A DNA stretch of 36,441 nucleotides from Catajapyx aquilonaris (taxonomy: Eukaryota), in NCBI GenBank assembly GCA_000934665.2, contig KZ538011.1, positions 124,001 to 160,441 on the forward strand, given 5' to 3'. The position numbers were made by a program, and so were the translations under genes. Below are positions 36,003 through 36,441 of this stretch, one piece after another. The notes below the pieces were generated by a model. The model had not been told where the DNA came from. It did no database searches and was given only the letters and a program-made list of their open reading frames with translations. Numbering within the stretch: the stretch's first letter is position 1; each line of letters starts with the position of its first letter.

Positions 36003-36441
36003 ATCACTCACCTGACTGCATTTGTAATGAGTGTTGGTCTGACCGAGTCATACCGACATCCTACATAAGTAGCCTGTTATGCTGTGCCACAATTCAAAAC
36101 CGCAGCAGTACTCGTCCTATCAGGTGCAGAAATATCACCACTCTGCACTGCAGCAGTGTTTATTATTCCGACTCTTCGATAACACGAGCATCCCGTTTAA
36201 GGTGAGTTTCTTGCATTCACAGGGCATTCCCATTATTCGGAAGAGATAAATTTTCCTAAACTATTATCACGTAGCCTATACTTCAGGACGGGGACTAAGT
36301 TATAAAAAGAAGCACTTTTGAATGAGTGCTGTAAATTATTAATTAACTAGCAGGTTACCCGGCGTTGCCCGGGTATGTTGGGGTGCTGGTAAAGATAGGG
36401 GTACATATCTGTGATAGATTACCTGCTTGTCTTATAGCGTA

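Overview
Eukaryotic genomic DNA, most likely from an arthropod (inferred from compact 52-430 nt GT-AG introns and the CxCG...IVxG...GVFC style of serine protease). Bases 1-8.9 kb are mostly non-coding, with one assembly gap. Seven + strand multi-exon genes follow, reconstructed by hand from splice sites and reading frames: a 9-exon HEAT-repeat protein (8936-12413), three tandem secreted trypsin-family zymogens with an unusual acidic-Tyr plus basic pro-region (13122-20184), and three tandem TPR proteins carrying the IFIT hallmark CHFxW motif (22116-34448). The main point of interest is this IFIT-like cluster in an apparently invertebrate genome. It shows differential intron content, mosaic divergence between copies, duplicated NF-kB/CCAAT blocks (one possibly belonging to a fourth copy beyond the window) and a long hairpin downstream of copy 2. 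Several MITE-like inverted repeats, a tRNA-derived SINE head and microsatellites are also present. No database searches were run; family calls come from motif recognition and recalled sequences.
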